Shown: piece by piece, positions 25,867 through 33,614 of the stretch | Position numbering within the stretch: the first letter of the stretch is position 1 | Layout: each line of letters opens with the position of its first letter | Source of the DNA: a virus | Strand: one strand, 5' to 3' | Virus record (IMG/VR): IMGVR_UViG_3300045163_000020 | DNA: 41,211 bases | Made by a program: the position numbers and the translations under genes | The notes under the pieces: generated by a model | Told to the model about the DNA's origin: nothing | What the model saw: the letters and a program-made list of their open reading frames with translations, nothing else | Database searches by the model: none

Positions 25867-26231
25867 CACTCCACCGCCTCGTAGGTCTCCGCGAAGATGT
25901 CGGGGGCACACGCGTACATCTCGCCCCGGACGCCTTGGATGATCCAGTCGCCGGGGGTGGCGCGCATGTCGCCTTCGAGGGTGCGAACCATCAGGGCCCC
26001 GTCAGCGGGGTCGATGTAGATGCCCTTGGTGGGCCGCTCTTCGTCGTCTGGGTCGCGGGTGTAGCGGAGACTGTCGGGGTCGAGGTAGTTGCCGATGAGG
26101 AAGGGGTAGCCGTTGCTCTCCATCCATGAGGTGACAGCGTGTACTGCTGCCCCGGACCTGGGGCCGGGGTCGGGGAGCTGCATTGCTTGGACGGTGACGG
26201 GCTTCTTGCGGTAGGTCTTCGGGTCAGTCAT
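25866..26231 (-). CDS. Conserved phage hypothetical protein
   Basis: 121 aa. YRKKPVTVQAMQL...GDWIIQGVRGEMYACAPDIFAETYE resembles a widespread small phage beta-barrel family. Its start overlaps the previous gene by 8 nt. Confidence 0.7.
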   Translation of the reverse strand: MTDPKTYRKKPVTVQAMQLPDPGPRSGAAVHAVTSWMESNGYPFLIGNYLDPDSLRYTRDPDDEERPTKGIYIDPADGALMVRTLEGDMRATPGDWIIQGVRGEMYACAPDIFAETYEAVE

Positions 26232-26607
26232 TCTGGGTCTCCTGTTCTTCTGCGAAGGCGGCGGCGGAGAAGAGTGCGGCGGCGAGGTCGCGGGCTTGCC
26301 TCGGGGTGTAGCCGCGCCGGTCGGGGACGATGGTGTGGGTGATCTCCACGCGATCTCCGTAGGCGGCGGCACCATCCGGGTGGCCCCACACTTCGAAGAG
26401 TGCGAAGGGCTCCTCGGGGTGGTCGATGTCTCCGATGCTGCGGGGACCTGAGGTCATTCCTTTGGCGTACGGCTCTCGGATCTCTGGTGCTAGGAGTCCG
26501 GCGTCCACGAGAGCCTGCACGACCTTGAGTGGGGTCATGTGCGGAGCCACGTACTCGTCGGCGTAGGTCTCGTTGACGACCCGGACCGCCTTGGCCTTGA
26601 TGCTCAT
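26224..26607 (-). CDS. Hypothetical protein
   Basis: 127-aa ORF with an ATGA overlap at 26604..26607. Confidence 0.7.
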   Translation of the reverse strand: MSIKAKAVRVVNETYADEYVAPHMTPLKVVQALVDAGLLAPEIREPYAKGMTSGPRSIGDIDHPEEPFALFEVWGHPDGAAAYGDRVEITHTIVPDRRGYTPRQARDLAAALFSAAAFAEEQETQND

Positions 26608-27266
26608 GACTCCGCCTCCGGCACGAGACGGGCGACGAGGCGGACGGCGTCGTCACTGACCCAGTGGAACGGTAGGCCAGCGCCTCGGATGTGGATCGGG
26701 ACGATCCACTGCCGTTCACTGGTGCTATGCAGGCGTAATGCTGCGACGGTCTTACCCTCCACCTCCACGAGCCACGGCTCTCCTGCGATCACGTCAGCGG
26801 GGTCCGGGAATCCGTTCTTGTCGAGCCAGTCACGGTCACGCACGGGGAGGTCCGCATACTGCTCGTCCATGCGGCGCATGGTCTCCTCCTGCCGCTCGGC
26901 GGTCAGGCGCTTCACCTCCGCCAGTGCCTTGTCCCGGTGGAGGGTTACGGCCGCAAGCTCCCGGCCCCGGCGGTCCAGCGACTCCGCAATGTCGTCCCGC
27001 TCCTGCTCGATCTGCTCGGCGCGGCCGGCGAGACGCTTGACCTCCCCTACGCTGAACGCGATGCATTTGATGCCCTCTTGGTTGTGTCCAATGGGAGCAC
27101 GCAGCTCCTCGGCGAGGGTCGGGACCGGGGCGGGGAAGACAGCGCGGAGGTCACGTAGCCACTCGCGGGGATTGCCGGTGTATCCGGGTGCGTTGCCCAC
27201 GTAGCCCTGCATCTGGTCGAGGACGCGGAGCACCTCGCTCCTGTCCTGGTCGGTGATGTCGGTCAT
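26604..27266 (-). CDS. Hypothetical coiled-coil protein
   Basis: ATG 27266 (ATGA overlap). 220 aa, MTDITDQDRSEVLRVLDQMQGY.... Removes the Arg/Pro-rich extension of track ORF 26604..27530. Confidence 0.7.
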   Translation of the reverse strand: MTDITDQDRSEVLRVLDQMQGYVGNAPGYTGNPREWLRDLRAVFPAPVPTLAEELRAPIGHNQEGIKCIAFSVGEVKRLAGRAEQIEQERDDIAESLDRRGRELAAVTLHRDKALAEVKRLTAERQEETMRRMDEQYADLPVRDRDWLDKNGFPDPADVIAGEPWLVEVEGKTVAALRLHSTSERQWIVPIHIRGAGLPFHWVSDDAVRLVARLVPEAES

Positions 27267-27379
27267 GCGATCACCTCGCAGAGGTGGCGGAGGATCGTGA
27301 TGAGGATGTCGGTGATGTTCCAGTCGACGGCGCCGACGATGGTGTCGGGGCGGGGGACGGGGTCGGGGAGTTCGGTCAT
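27263..27379 (-). CDS. Small hypothetical protein (38 aa)
   Basis: MTELPDPVPRPDTIVGAVDWNITDILITILRHLCEVIA. ATGA overlaps at both ends. Confidence 0.45.
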   Translation of the reverse strand: MTELPDPVPRPDTIVGAVDWNITDILITILRHLCEVIA

Positions 27380-27600
27380 CGGTTCTTCCTGTCGTAGGTG
27401 CCGGCGGCGGTGAGTACCGGGCCGAGGAGTCGGGCCTGCTGGGCGGTGAGGCGGATGCGGATCGGGTTGCCCTGGATGTCGTGGCCGAAGAGCATGACGT
27501 CGCCGGTGGCTCCGTCCTTCCGGACGTCACCGATCGGCGCGTTGACGTACCAGGCCGCGCCGCCGCCGGTCATGAGGCGGGACGGTGCTGGCGTTCTCAT
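27376..27600 (-). CDS. Hypothetical protein
   Basis: ATG 27600 (ATGA overlap). 74 aa, MRTPAPSRLMTGGGAAWYVNAPIGD.... Confidence 0.6.
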   Translation of the reverse strand: MRTPAPSRLMTGGGAAWYVNAPIGDVRKDGATGDVMLFGHDIQGNPIRIRLTAQQARLLGPVLTAAGTYDRKNR

Positions 27601-27830
27601 GCTCTCCACTCCTGTTCGATCGTTCGGGTCCCGTCGGCGTCCAGCCGGATGCGGCAGACGGTGTGGGCGGTGGCCGTGATCCGCCGTCCGGGGAGGTGCT
27701 CCGGGAGTTCCTGCTCGACGGCGGCCGGATCTGTAGTCCACCCGGTGAGGGGGCTGACGATGATGCGGGCGTCGCCAGGGGTTGCCTCGATCGAGCTGTG
27801 CCGCTCGAGTCGCCATCGGGTCGTGGTCAC
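27597..27830 (-). CDS. Hypothetical protein
   Basis: 77 aa. GTG 27830 forms a GTGA overlap. Confidence 0.6.
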   Translation of the reverse strand: MTTTRWRLERHSSIEATPGDARIIVSPLTGWTTDPAAVEQELPEHLPGRRITATAHTVCRIRLDADGTRTIEQEWRA

Positions 27831-28210
27831 GGTGTCACCTGCTCCACTGCGGCGCGGGCGGCCTCGGCTTCCTGCGCCCGGGCTTCACGGGCGGCGGCGA
27901 TGAGGTGCCGGGCGGTGATCTCCGCGGCGGCCGGTGTCAGGCGCATCAGCTCGGTCTCCCGGTCGAGACGGACGATGTGCTCGTAGACGACACCGGTACT
28001 GGCTGACACCGGGGGAACTCCGTCGCCGCGTTCCCAGAGCGGGGTGCCGGCGAACCGGCCGGACGGGGGCACGGGGTCCGTGTCGGCCGGGAGGATGCCC
28101 GGGGTGTCGGCGATCGCGTTGACGAGCTGGGCGGCGGACCGGTCGGACCAGTCCATCTCGGTCTTGATGACCTCGGACAGGCGACGGACGGCTTCGGTGC
28201 GGGCGGTCAT
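27827..28210 (-). CDS. Hypothetical protein
   Basis: ATG 28210 (ATGA overlap with the WhiB stop). 127 aa. Confidence 0.65.
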   Translation of the reverse strand: MTARTEAVRRLSEVIKTEMDWSDRSAAQLVNAIADTPGILPADTDPVPPSGRFAGTPLWERGDGVPPVSASTGVVYEHIVRLDRETELMRLTPAAAEITARHLIAAAREARAQEAEAARAAVEQVTP

Positions 28211-28704
28211 GATGCCTTCTCCTTCTCGGTGGTGGTCTTGAGCTTCCCGTCGCGGTACTTCGATGCACAGGACTGGCACCGGCCGTGGCCGCCGACGTAG
28301 ACGAGCCCGTCCGGCAGTGGCGGGCGGTGGCCGAGCGTGGCGATCTGGGCGACCATCGGCCGTCCGCAGTTCCGGCACAGTCCGCGCAGCCGCTTCTCGA
28401 TCGAGATCTGCGGGGTGAACTCGCGGCCCGCCATCACGCCGGTCACCGGCTGGTTCTTCGTCTCGAAGAGGTCGAGCTGGCGGGAGCAGGCGGCGAGCAC
28501 CGGGCAGACACGGCACAGGCGTGCCGCCCGCTCGACGTGCCGGGCGCGCTCCGCCCTCGACTCGTCGGAGGTGCGGCGGATGTCGCACCACTCGCCGAGC
28601 CAGATGTCCGGGTCCATGGTCTGGCACAGTCCACCGATCAGGTCCTCGGACCCGACCAGGCTCTTCAGCTCCGCGGTCGCCGTGGCCGGCAGTGTGGCGG
28701 TCAT
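28207..28704 (-). CDS. whiB: WhiB-family regulator with a C-terminal Cys4 extension
   Basis: 165 aa. CQTMDPDIW...C...CRVCPVLAAC is the WhiB four-Cys pattern. The C-terminus adds CRNC...CQSC. Confidence 0.8.
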   Translation of the reverse strand: MTATLPATATAELKSLVGSEDLIGGLCQTMDPDIWLGEWCDIRRTSDESRAERARHVERAARLCRVCPVLAACSRQLDLFETKNQPVTGVMAGREFTPQISIEKRLRGLCRNCGRPMVAQIATLGHRPPLPDGLVYVGGHGRCQSCASKYRDGKLKTTTEKEKAS

Positions 28705-29468
28705 CAGAAGCCTCCCTTCGTCGGCGAGGACTTCACGATGTGCAGGGTCGATACCCCGGTCTCATCGCTGGTCTCGTGCACGTCGCCGTCGTCGAGGGTT
28801 TCGACGGCGGCGTCGTCCTGGTCCTCGGGGCGGAATGCCTCGGGGATGACGGAGGTGGCTCGGGCGTACGGGCCGATGGCGAACCGGTAGTGGCTGTGAG
28901 AGATGGTGGTGATGACGTCGGCGGTGTTGAACAGCTTCCCGACCTCCGCGATTCGGCGCATCAGCTTCGAGGACATCGGCGGCTGCTCGTCCTCCTCCTG
29001 ATCCCAGATCGCCTCGACGGCCGGGGGCACGTCCGGCGCCGCCTCGGCCATCGCCTTGCGCGGCCAGTTGTGGTCGAGCATGTCGATGAAGCCGGACGCG
29101 TCGACCATCGTCACCCGTACCTCGGCGGCGGTGATCCGTATCCGGTCCTCGAGGTCGTGCTTCTTCCCGCTGTAGATGGCGAGGATCTCCACCGCCTGCC
29201 ACACAGGGATGTCCACCACCCCGGCGTCCGACCACGCGGCTTCCACGAGGGGGGCGGAGGTGATGAACATGTCGGCCGGGTTCGCCGCGCTGATGATCAG
29301 CCGGTCATCCGCCGGCGTCAGTCGGATCGCGGTGTAGCTGTCGCCCTTGTCCTTCGGATCCGCGATCAGGCGGGCCGCGCGCAGGCCGCGCAGCAGAGGT
29401 TCCGTGTGGACCAGGAGGTCGACCGGCAGGCGGTTGTCTCCTGGCTCGAAGACTCTGACCATGGTCAT
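28704..29468 (-). CDS. Hypothetical early protein (254 aa)
   Basis: ATG 29468 (ATGA overlap). MTMVRVFEPGDNRLPVDLLVHTEPLL.... No motif recognised. Confidence 0.7.
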   Translation of the reverse strand: MTMVRVFEPGDNRLPVDLLVHTEPLLRGLRAARLIADPKDKGDSYTAIRLTPADDRLIISAANPADMFITSAPLVEAAWSDAGVVDIPVWQAVEILAIYSGKKHDLEDRIRITAAEVRVTMVDASGFIDMLDHNWPRKAMAEAAPDVPPAVEAIWDQEEDEQPPMSSKLMRRIAEVGKLFNTADVITTISHSHYRFAIGPYARATSVIPEAFRPEDQDDAAVETLDDGDVHETSDETGVSTLHIVKSSPTKGGF

Positions 29469-29662
29469 TTTCCTTTCATGTCGTCGATGGTGAGCTGGCC
29501 GGGCAGTTGCTCGGCGGGTGCCGGGTGGTGAGGCGCCGCCGCCCGGCCGCGGTGCTTCTTCGTGCCGTCCCGGTTCAGGCCGGCGATGTATCGGTGGACG
29601 CCGATCTGTCGGTGCGGCGGCAGGCTGCGGAACCATGCCCGCGCGTCCTCCACCGCGCCCAT
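29465..29662 (-). CDS. Hypothetical protein (65 aa)
   Basis: ATG 29662 forms an ATGA overlap. Confidence 0.55.
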   Translation of the reverse strand: MGAVEDARAWFRSLPPHRQIGVHRYIAGLNRDGTKKHRGRAAAPHHPAPAEQLPGQLTIDDMKGK

Positions 29663-29955
29663 CAGCTCGCCTCGGCGGCGACCGGGCCGTCCGGCCCCGT
29701 CTCGGTACCGGCCACGTCTTCGACGACGCCGAGGGAACTGACGCGGCTGTACGCCCACCGCTGGGGACCGGCGCCGGCGGAGTTCAGGGGGACCGACTTC
29801 CGGTTGAGCTTCGAGAAGATCCGGCGGACCTCGCCCCGGATGTCCTGGGCGTGGGTGATGCCGAGCCGGTCGACCTCCGACTGCAGCCAGTCGACGTCCG
29901 GGTTCGGGAAGCCGCCGAGGCGGATCCGGGGGTGGTAGCTCTCGTCGTCATGCAT
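29662..29955 (-). CDS. Hypothetical protein (97 aa)
   Basis: ORF-track entry. Its start overlaps the stop of 29948..30346. Confidence 0.6.
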   Translation of the reverse strand: MHDDESYHPRIRLGGFPNPDVDWLQSEVDRLGITHAQDIRGEVRRIFSKLNRKSVPLNSAGAGPQRWAYSRVSSLGVVEDVAGTETGPDGPVAAEAS

Positions 29956-30346
29956 GGTCGGTGTCCTCCACGTGAGTGTTCAGCGGGTCGAGGTCTTCGT
30001 AGTGCTGGGCGGCGTGCCGCCCAGCGGTTGAGTCGTCATCGAGTCGAACGCCGTCGGTGGACATGCGACCCAGCGGCTGCCACAGGACCTGCGGGCCATC
30101 GACCTCCGGGACGTCTAGGTCGCAGGTCGTGTCGAGCGTCCCCCTGACCAGGGCGTCGACCTTGGCCACGGCGAGCGCCGCGTCACGAGACGCCGCGGTC
30201 GCCTGGATACGGGCGGCGGTGGTGTCCTCGACGTCGTCCGCCCGGAACTGGACCTGGTCGGCGAGCCGCCGGCGCAGAGCGTCGACCTCGAACGCGAGGA
30301 CCAGGACGGCCGCGAGCGCCGCCACGGCGCAGAGCGTGGTGATCAT
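29948..30346 (-). CDS. Hypothetical membrane-anchored protein
   Basis: ATG 30346 follows GGAGGTGG (ATGA overlap). N-terminal hydrophobic segment MITTLCAVAALAAVLVLAF. Confidence 0.65.
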   Translation of the reverse strand: MITTLCAVAALAAVLVLAFEVDALRRRLADQVQFRADDVEDTTAARIQATAASRDAALAVAKVDALVRGTLDTTCDLDVPEVDGPQVLWQPLGRMSTDGVRLDDDSTAGRHAAQHYEDLDPLNTHVEDTDHA

Positions 30347-30588
30347 TCCGCCACCTCCGTCAGATCGGCGCGCTCGGCACGCTCGGCGGCTAGCCGGGCG
30401 GTGTCGCAAATGTTCTCCCAGGCGTCCCGGGACGCCGGCTCCGGACGGTGTGCGAGGGCGGTGCAGGCTGCGGATGCCGCCCGTGCTGCCAGTTCCTCGG
30501 CCTGCTCCTGGGTGATTGGCTTGTGCGTGACGATGTGACGGTGCTGCAGCTGGTCGTCCACCTCGATGGTGACGGTGATCTTGCTCAT
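30343..30588 (-). CDS. Hypothetical protein (81 aa)
   Basis: ATG 30588 follows AGGAGG. MSKITVTIEVDDQLQHRHIVTHKP.... Confidence 0.65.
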   Translation of the reverse strand: MSKITVTIEVDDQLQHRHIVTHKPITQEQAEELAARAASAACTALAHRPEPASRDAWENICDTARLAAERAERADLTEVAE

Positions 30589-30770
30589 CGGATCCTCCTG
30601 GGTCGGGTGTCGGCGGGTGTCGGGTAGGTCGGTCGGTGTTCCCACGGTCTGGTGGGGTGCTGGGCGCGGTGGCGCGGTCGGTCCCAGCCGACCAGCCAGC
30701 GGGCCAGTCGGGCCCGCCACCGCGGTGGCCGGCGGACGGGGTGTGGTCGGAAGCACGGGCGGCTCGTCAT
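30585..30770 (-). CDS. Possible very basic Arg/Pro/Trp-rich small protein (61 aa)
   Basis: ATGA overlaps at both ends. My hand count of third-position G+C is higher in this frame than in the alternative frame. Confidence 0.35.
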   Translation of the reverse strand: MTSRPCFRPHPVRRPPRWRARLARWLVGWDRPRHRAQHPTRPWEHRPTYPTPADTRPRRIR

Positions 30771-31045
30771 CGGTCACCGCCTCCCCGTGACGGGGCGTCT
30801 TCGGCGGCTGCCTCGAGCAGGTCTCCGAGCCGCCGGATGAACCGGGCGCCCGTCTCCTCGAGCGCGGTGACCGGGTCCACGTCATCTCCGGCGAGATCCT
30901 CGGCGCGTTTCAGGATGAGACCGGCGAGGAAGTAGACCGCCATGTCCTCCTCCTGCGCGCTGGTGACCGAGGGCGGGCAGAGCACGTGGACGTGGTCGGA
31001 GTGCAGTACGACCAGGGCCGCCTTCTTCATGTCTTCGGGGGTCAC
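30767..31045 (-). CDS. Hypothetical protein (92 aa)
   Basis: GTG 31045 forms a GTGA overlap. Confidence 0.6.
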   Translation of the reverse strand: MTPEDMKKAALVVLHSDHVHVLCPPSVTSAQEEDMAVYFLAGLILKRAEDLAGDDVDPVTALEETGARFIRRLGDLLEAAAEDAPSRGGGDR

Positions 31046-31296
31046 TGGTACTTCGCCTCCATCGCCGCGGCGCGGGTGATCTTGATGACCGACAGGACGC
31101 GGCGACCCATGTCGGTCACCGTGCCGTCGGCGCCGACGAGCGTCCGGTCAGTCAGCGCGGCCTGGTCGCGGCCGTGGACCGCGGTCCAGGCGACGCGGCC
31201 GGCGGCGCGGTTGTCGAGGACCTGGATCAGGTGCGGTGACGTGCGCCGGGCGATCTCGTCCGGGGTGCACTGGTTGTAGGGCTTGGCGGTGTGCAT
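31042..31296 (-). CDS. Hypothetical protein (84 aa)
   Basis: ATG 31296 (ATGA overlap). MHTAKPYNQCTPDEIARRTSPHLIQ.... Confidence 0.6.
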   Translation of the reverse strand: MHTAKPYNQCTPDEIARRTSPHLIQVLDNRAAGRVAWTAVHGRDQAALTDRTLVGADGTVTDMGRRVLSVIKITRAAAMEAKYQ

Positions 31297-31604
31297 CACG
31301 CTGCCTCCGTCTTCACTGTCGTGTGGGTGGGTATCTCGGGCTCCTCGACCAGACCGATGAGGTCCAGGCCGACGATCATGTCGATGAGTCTCTGTGGGGT
31401 GACGCTGCGCTTCGTCCCGCGGAGGATCTGGTGGACCACGGTCGGGTCCGTTCCGATGCGGCCGGCGACCACGACTGCTCCTCGAGCACGGCCCTCGACC
31501 GGCGACGAGACGATGTCGTGCAGGCTGACCAGGTGACGCATCGTCTCGATCACCAACTGCGGGACGGGCACGTACTGCGGCGGCGGCTTCCTGATGTCGC
31601 TCAC
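31296..31604 (-). CDS. Possible HTH DNA-binding protein (102 aa)
   Basis: Starts at GTG 31604. AGRIGTDPTVVHQILRGTKRS is an HTH-like segment. Confidence 0.55.
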   Translation of the reverse strand: MSDIRKPPPQYVPVPQLVIETMRHLVSLHDIVSSPVEGRARGAVVVAGRIGTDPTVVHQILRGTKRSVTPQRLIDMIVGLDLIGLVEEPEIPTHTTVKTEAA

Positions 31605-32105
31605 AGGTCACCCTCCTCGGCGGCGATGCGGGCCATGCGCCGTCGGAGGCGCGCCTCCCGGCGCTTCTCCGCCAGCTCGGCGAGGTGGTCGGCCCTGCTG
31701 GTCTGCGCGGCGGGCGCAGGCTCCGGCTCGGCGGTCGGCTCTACGGTCGGCTCCGGCTGCCCGACGGGCTCCTCGGCCGGGGCTGGCGCGCTAGCGGTGG
31801 CGGTCGGGGCGGTCTCGCCACTGTCGTGGGGGGGGCATCTGTTCCTGGACCGGGACGTCGTCGGCGTAGACCAGCTCCGTCGGGGTGGGCTGCGGAAGGT
31901 CCGGGGCCGGCCGGCGCAGTTCCGACCATGCCGGGTGGTGCAGTGCGAGAGCGTGGATGGCGTCGAGCTGCATCCGCGCCATGTCCTTCATCGGGACGCC
32001 GGCGGTTCGGAGGGCCGCGTTGACGTTGAAGATCTCATGGCACCGGCGGGATGCGGCGTCCACCGGACGCCGCTCGTCGCGGCGATAGCGTGTCGCAGTG
32101 GTCAC
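31601..32105 (-). pseudogene. Early gene broken by a frame change at a G8/C8 homopolymer (as written: ORF 31791..32105; the continuation frame is open to 31601)
   Basis: GTG 32105 (GTGA overlap). After the C8 run (plus-strand G8 at 31828..31835) the written frame gives PRQWRDRPDRHR then stop. With one C fewer it reads HDSGETAPTATASAPAPAEEPVGQPEPTVEPTAEPEPAPAAQTSRADHLAELAEKRREARLRRRMARIAAEEGDL. That frame has very high third-position GC, and its stop overlaps the next gene start (GTGA at 31601..31604). Confidence 0.6.
31828..31835. repeat. G8 homopolymer (C8 on the coding strand)
   Basis: Read directly: gtcgtgggggggggcat has 8 consecutive G. Confidence 0.95.
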
Positions 32106-32527
32106 TGGCGCGCCTCTCCCCTGCTCCGGCGGGCACGGTCCACACCGGCTCCGATGGCGGCGCCGCCGACGGCCCCCGCGATGAGCGGGGACCAGTGCCA
32201 CAGTGCGAAGAAGACGGTCAGGGTGCCGAGGATGATGCAGGCGACCATGAGCGCCAGGCCGATGATCTCGATGCCAGTGATGGTCGGCGTGGTGGCGGGC
32301 GCGGTCTCGTAGTCCCGGTCCTCGAGGACGTCGACCGGGGTTCCGGTGGCGTGGCCGCCGGGCACCGTGCGGTGTCGGAGATCCCGGTCAGCGTCGCGGG
32401 CGGCGGTGGACGGGACGTCAGCCAGGCAGCCGTCGAGGCGTGCGGCGCGGGCGCGGACTGCCGCGGTGGCGGCGGGGTGCCGGGGGTTGAGCGCGAGCTC
32501 GGCGGCGAATCGGTGGCGGGGGTTCAT
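32102..32527 (-). CDS. Hypothetical membrane protein (C-terminal TM segments)
   Basis: ATG 32527 (ATGA overlap). IEIIGLALMVACIILGTLTVFFALWHWSPLIAGAVGGAAIGAG. Confidence 0.65.
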   Translation of the reverse strand: MNPRHRFAAELALNPRHPAATAAVRARAARLDGCLADVPSTAARDADRDLRHRTVPGGHATGTPVDVLEDRDYETAPATTPTITGIEIIGLALMVACIILGTLTVFFALWHWSPLIAGAVGGAAIGAGVDRARRSRGEARQ

Positions 32528-32814
32528 GGTCTGTCCTTCTGGGTGGTGATCGTGTGGAGCAAGTCGGTGAGCATGTCTTTGACCTGTGGTTCGTGCCGGT
32601 CGCTGACGGATTCGGCGCGGAGGTCGGAGGCCCGGACGAAGACCATCCGATGGCGGAGCACCTGCCGGGCTGGAGGGATCGGGTTCCGGAAGCTGGCGGG
32701 GAGCATCCAGCACAGGTCGCCGTACGAGATGAGCGGATCGGTGATCTCCGGGTCGTCGAAGATCACGTCAATCTGCCGTGACCGGCCCGGGAACGGGAGT
32801 CTCTGCATGGTCAT
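32524..32814 (-). CDS. Hypothetical protein (96 aa)
   Basis: ATG 32814 follows GGGGAGG. Confidence 0.6.
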   Translation of the reverse strand: MTMQRLPFPGRSRQIDVIFDDPEITDPLISYGDLCWMLPASFRNPIPPARQVLRHRMVFVRASDLRAESVSDRHEPQVKDMLTDLLHTITTQKDRP

Positions 32815-33100
32815 CGCCTCCCCGGTTCTGCTCGTCGTGGATGCTGTGGACGAGCTCGTCGGTGGAGACGATCTCCTCGCGCAGGCGGCGGACGTCCCGG
32901 TCTCCCCGGGCTGCGTCGATGAGCAGGGTGATGCGCTGGTCCTCTGCGGTCGACAGGTGCGGGCGGATCAGCAGCCAGATGTCCTCGGCGGTGGCCAGCG
33001 TCGCCGCGACCGGATGGTGGCGGTAGCGGTCCACCTCGCGCTCGATGATCTTCACGCCGAACGTCTGGGGGGCGTACGGATCCGTGTAGGTGGCGGTCAT
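32768..33100 (-). CDS. Hypothetical protein (110 aa)
   Basis: ATG 33100 (ATGA overlap with the stop of 33100..33312). Removes the Arg-rich extension of track ORF 32768..33367. Confidence 0.6.
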   Translation of the reverse strand: MTATYTDPYAPQTFGVKIIEREVDRYRHHPVAATLATAEDIWLLIRPHLSTAEDQRITLLIDAARGDRDVRRLREEIVSTDELVHSIHDEQNRGGDDHAETPVPGPVTAD

Positions 33101-33312
33101 CAGGCGACCTCCCCGGCTTCGACGGGAGGGAACGCTGCGTCGACGTAGACCGCTGGCCAGCGCCAGGTCCTCCCCGACCGGAACGGCCTGAGGTTGGCGG
33201 CGTAGTCTCCGCGGCCGGCGTGCTCGGCGAGATGCGACTCGGACAGTCCGGTGATCTCCACGACCTCCGGCGTGCTGTACCAGCGTCGTTTCGTACTGAT
33301 AGTGTCGTTCAT
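33100..33312 (-). CDS. Excisionase-family/MerR-like HTH DNA-binding protein (candidate Xis or early regulator)
   Basis: 70 aa with SD GAAGGAG upstream. RRWYSTPEVVEITGLSESHLAEHAGRG...RTWRWP fits the excisionase-type HTH pattern. Confidence 0.5.
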   Translation of the reverse strand: MNDTISTKRRWYSTPEVVEITGLSESHLAEHAGRGDYAANLRPFRSGRTWRWPAVYVDAAFPPVEAGEVA

Positions 33313-33614
33313 GGCTTCTCCTTCGAAGTCTGACGCTCGTCACCTGGTTGCAGCAGGTGGCGGGCACTTTTTTGTTGGGTGGGGTGCGGAGCAGCTGACT
33401 CCTGGGAGTGAGATCTCCTTCGTGGGCCCGGGACCTCAGGTCGAACGACTGAGGTCCGGGTCCGGCCCGGTGGGCTGGAAGCGCTTCGCCGGTGAGCTAC
33501 TAACGCCGGCGGTGACTCCGCACCCGTGCGCGCTGCTCCGGTCGTGACTCCGGTGGCCGGCTCTCCCGGCTGCAGCGCGGGCCGTGCCCCTTCCCCAGGG
33601 CGCGGCCGGGTTGG

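Noticed and set aside
25715-25909. 64-aa Arg-rich minus-strand ORF in the 25.7-25.9 kb region
   Set aside because: An alternative 38-aa frame (25750..25866) is coupled to the upstream stop and has a more protein-like composition. The 64-aa ORF spans the coding end of the upstream gene in a different frame.
33431-33457. Stem-loop with a gtcgaacga loop as a possible tRNA T-arm
   Set aside because: The 9-bp stem and 9-nt loop do not fit a T-arm (5-bp stem, 7-nt loop). No acceptor or anticodon arms can be built around it. I found no convincing tRNA anywhere by eye, although I cannot run a covariance search.
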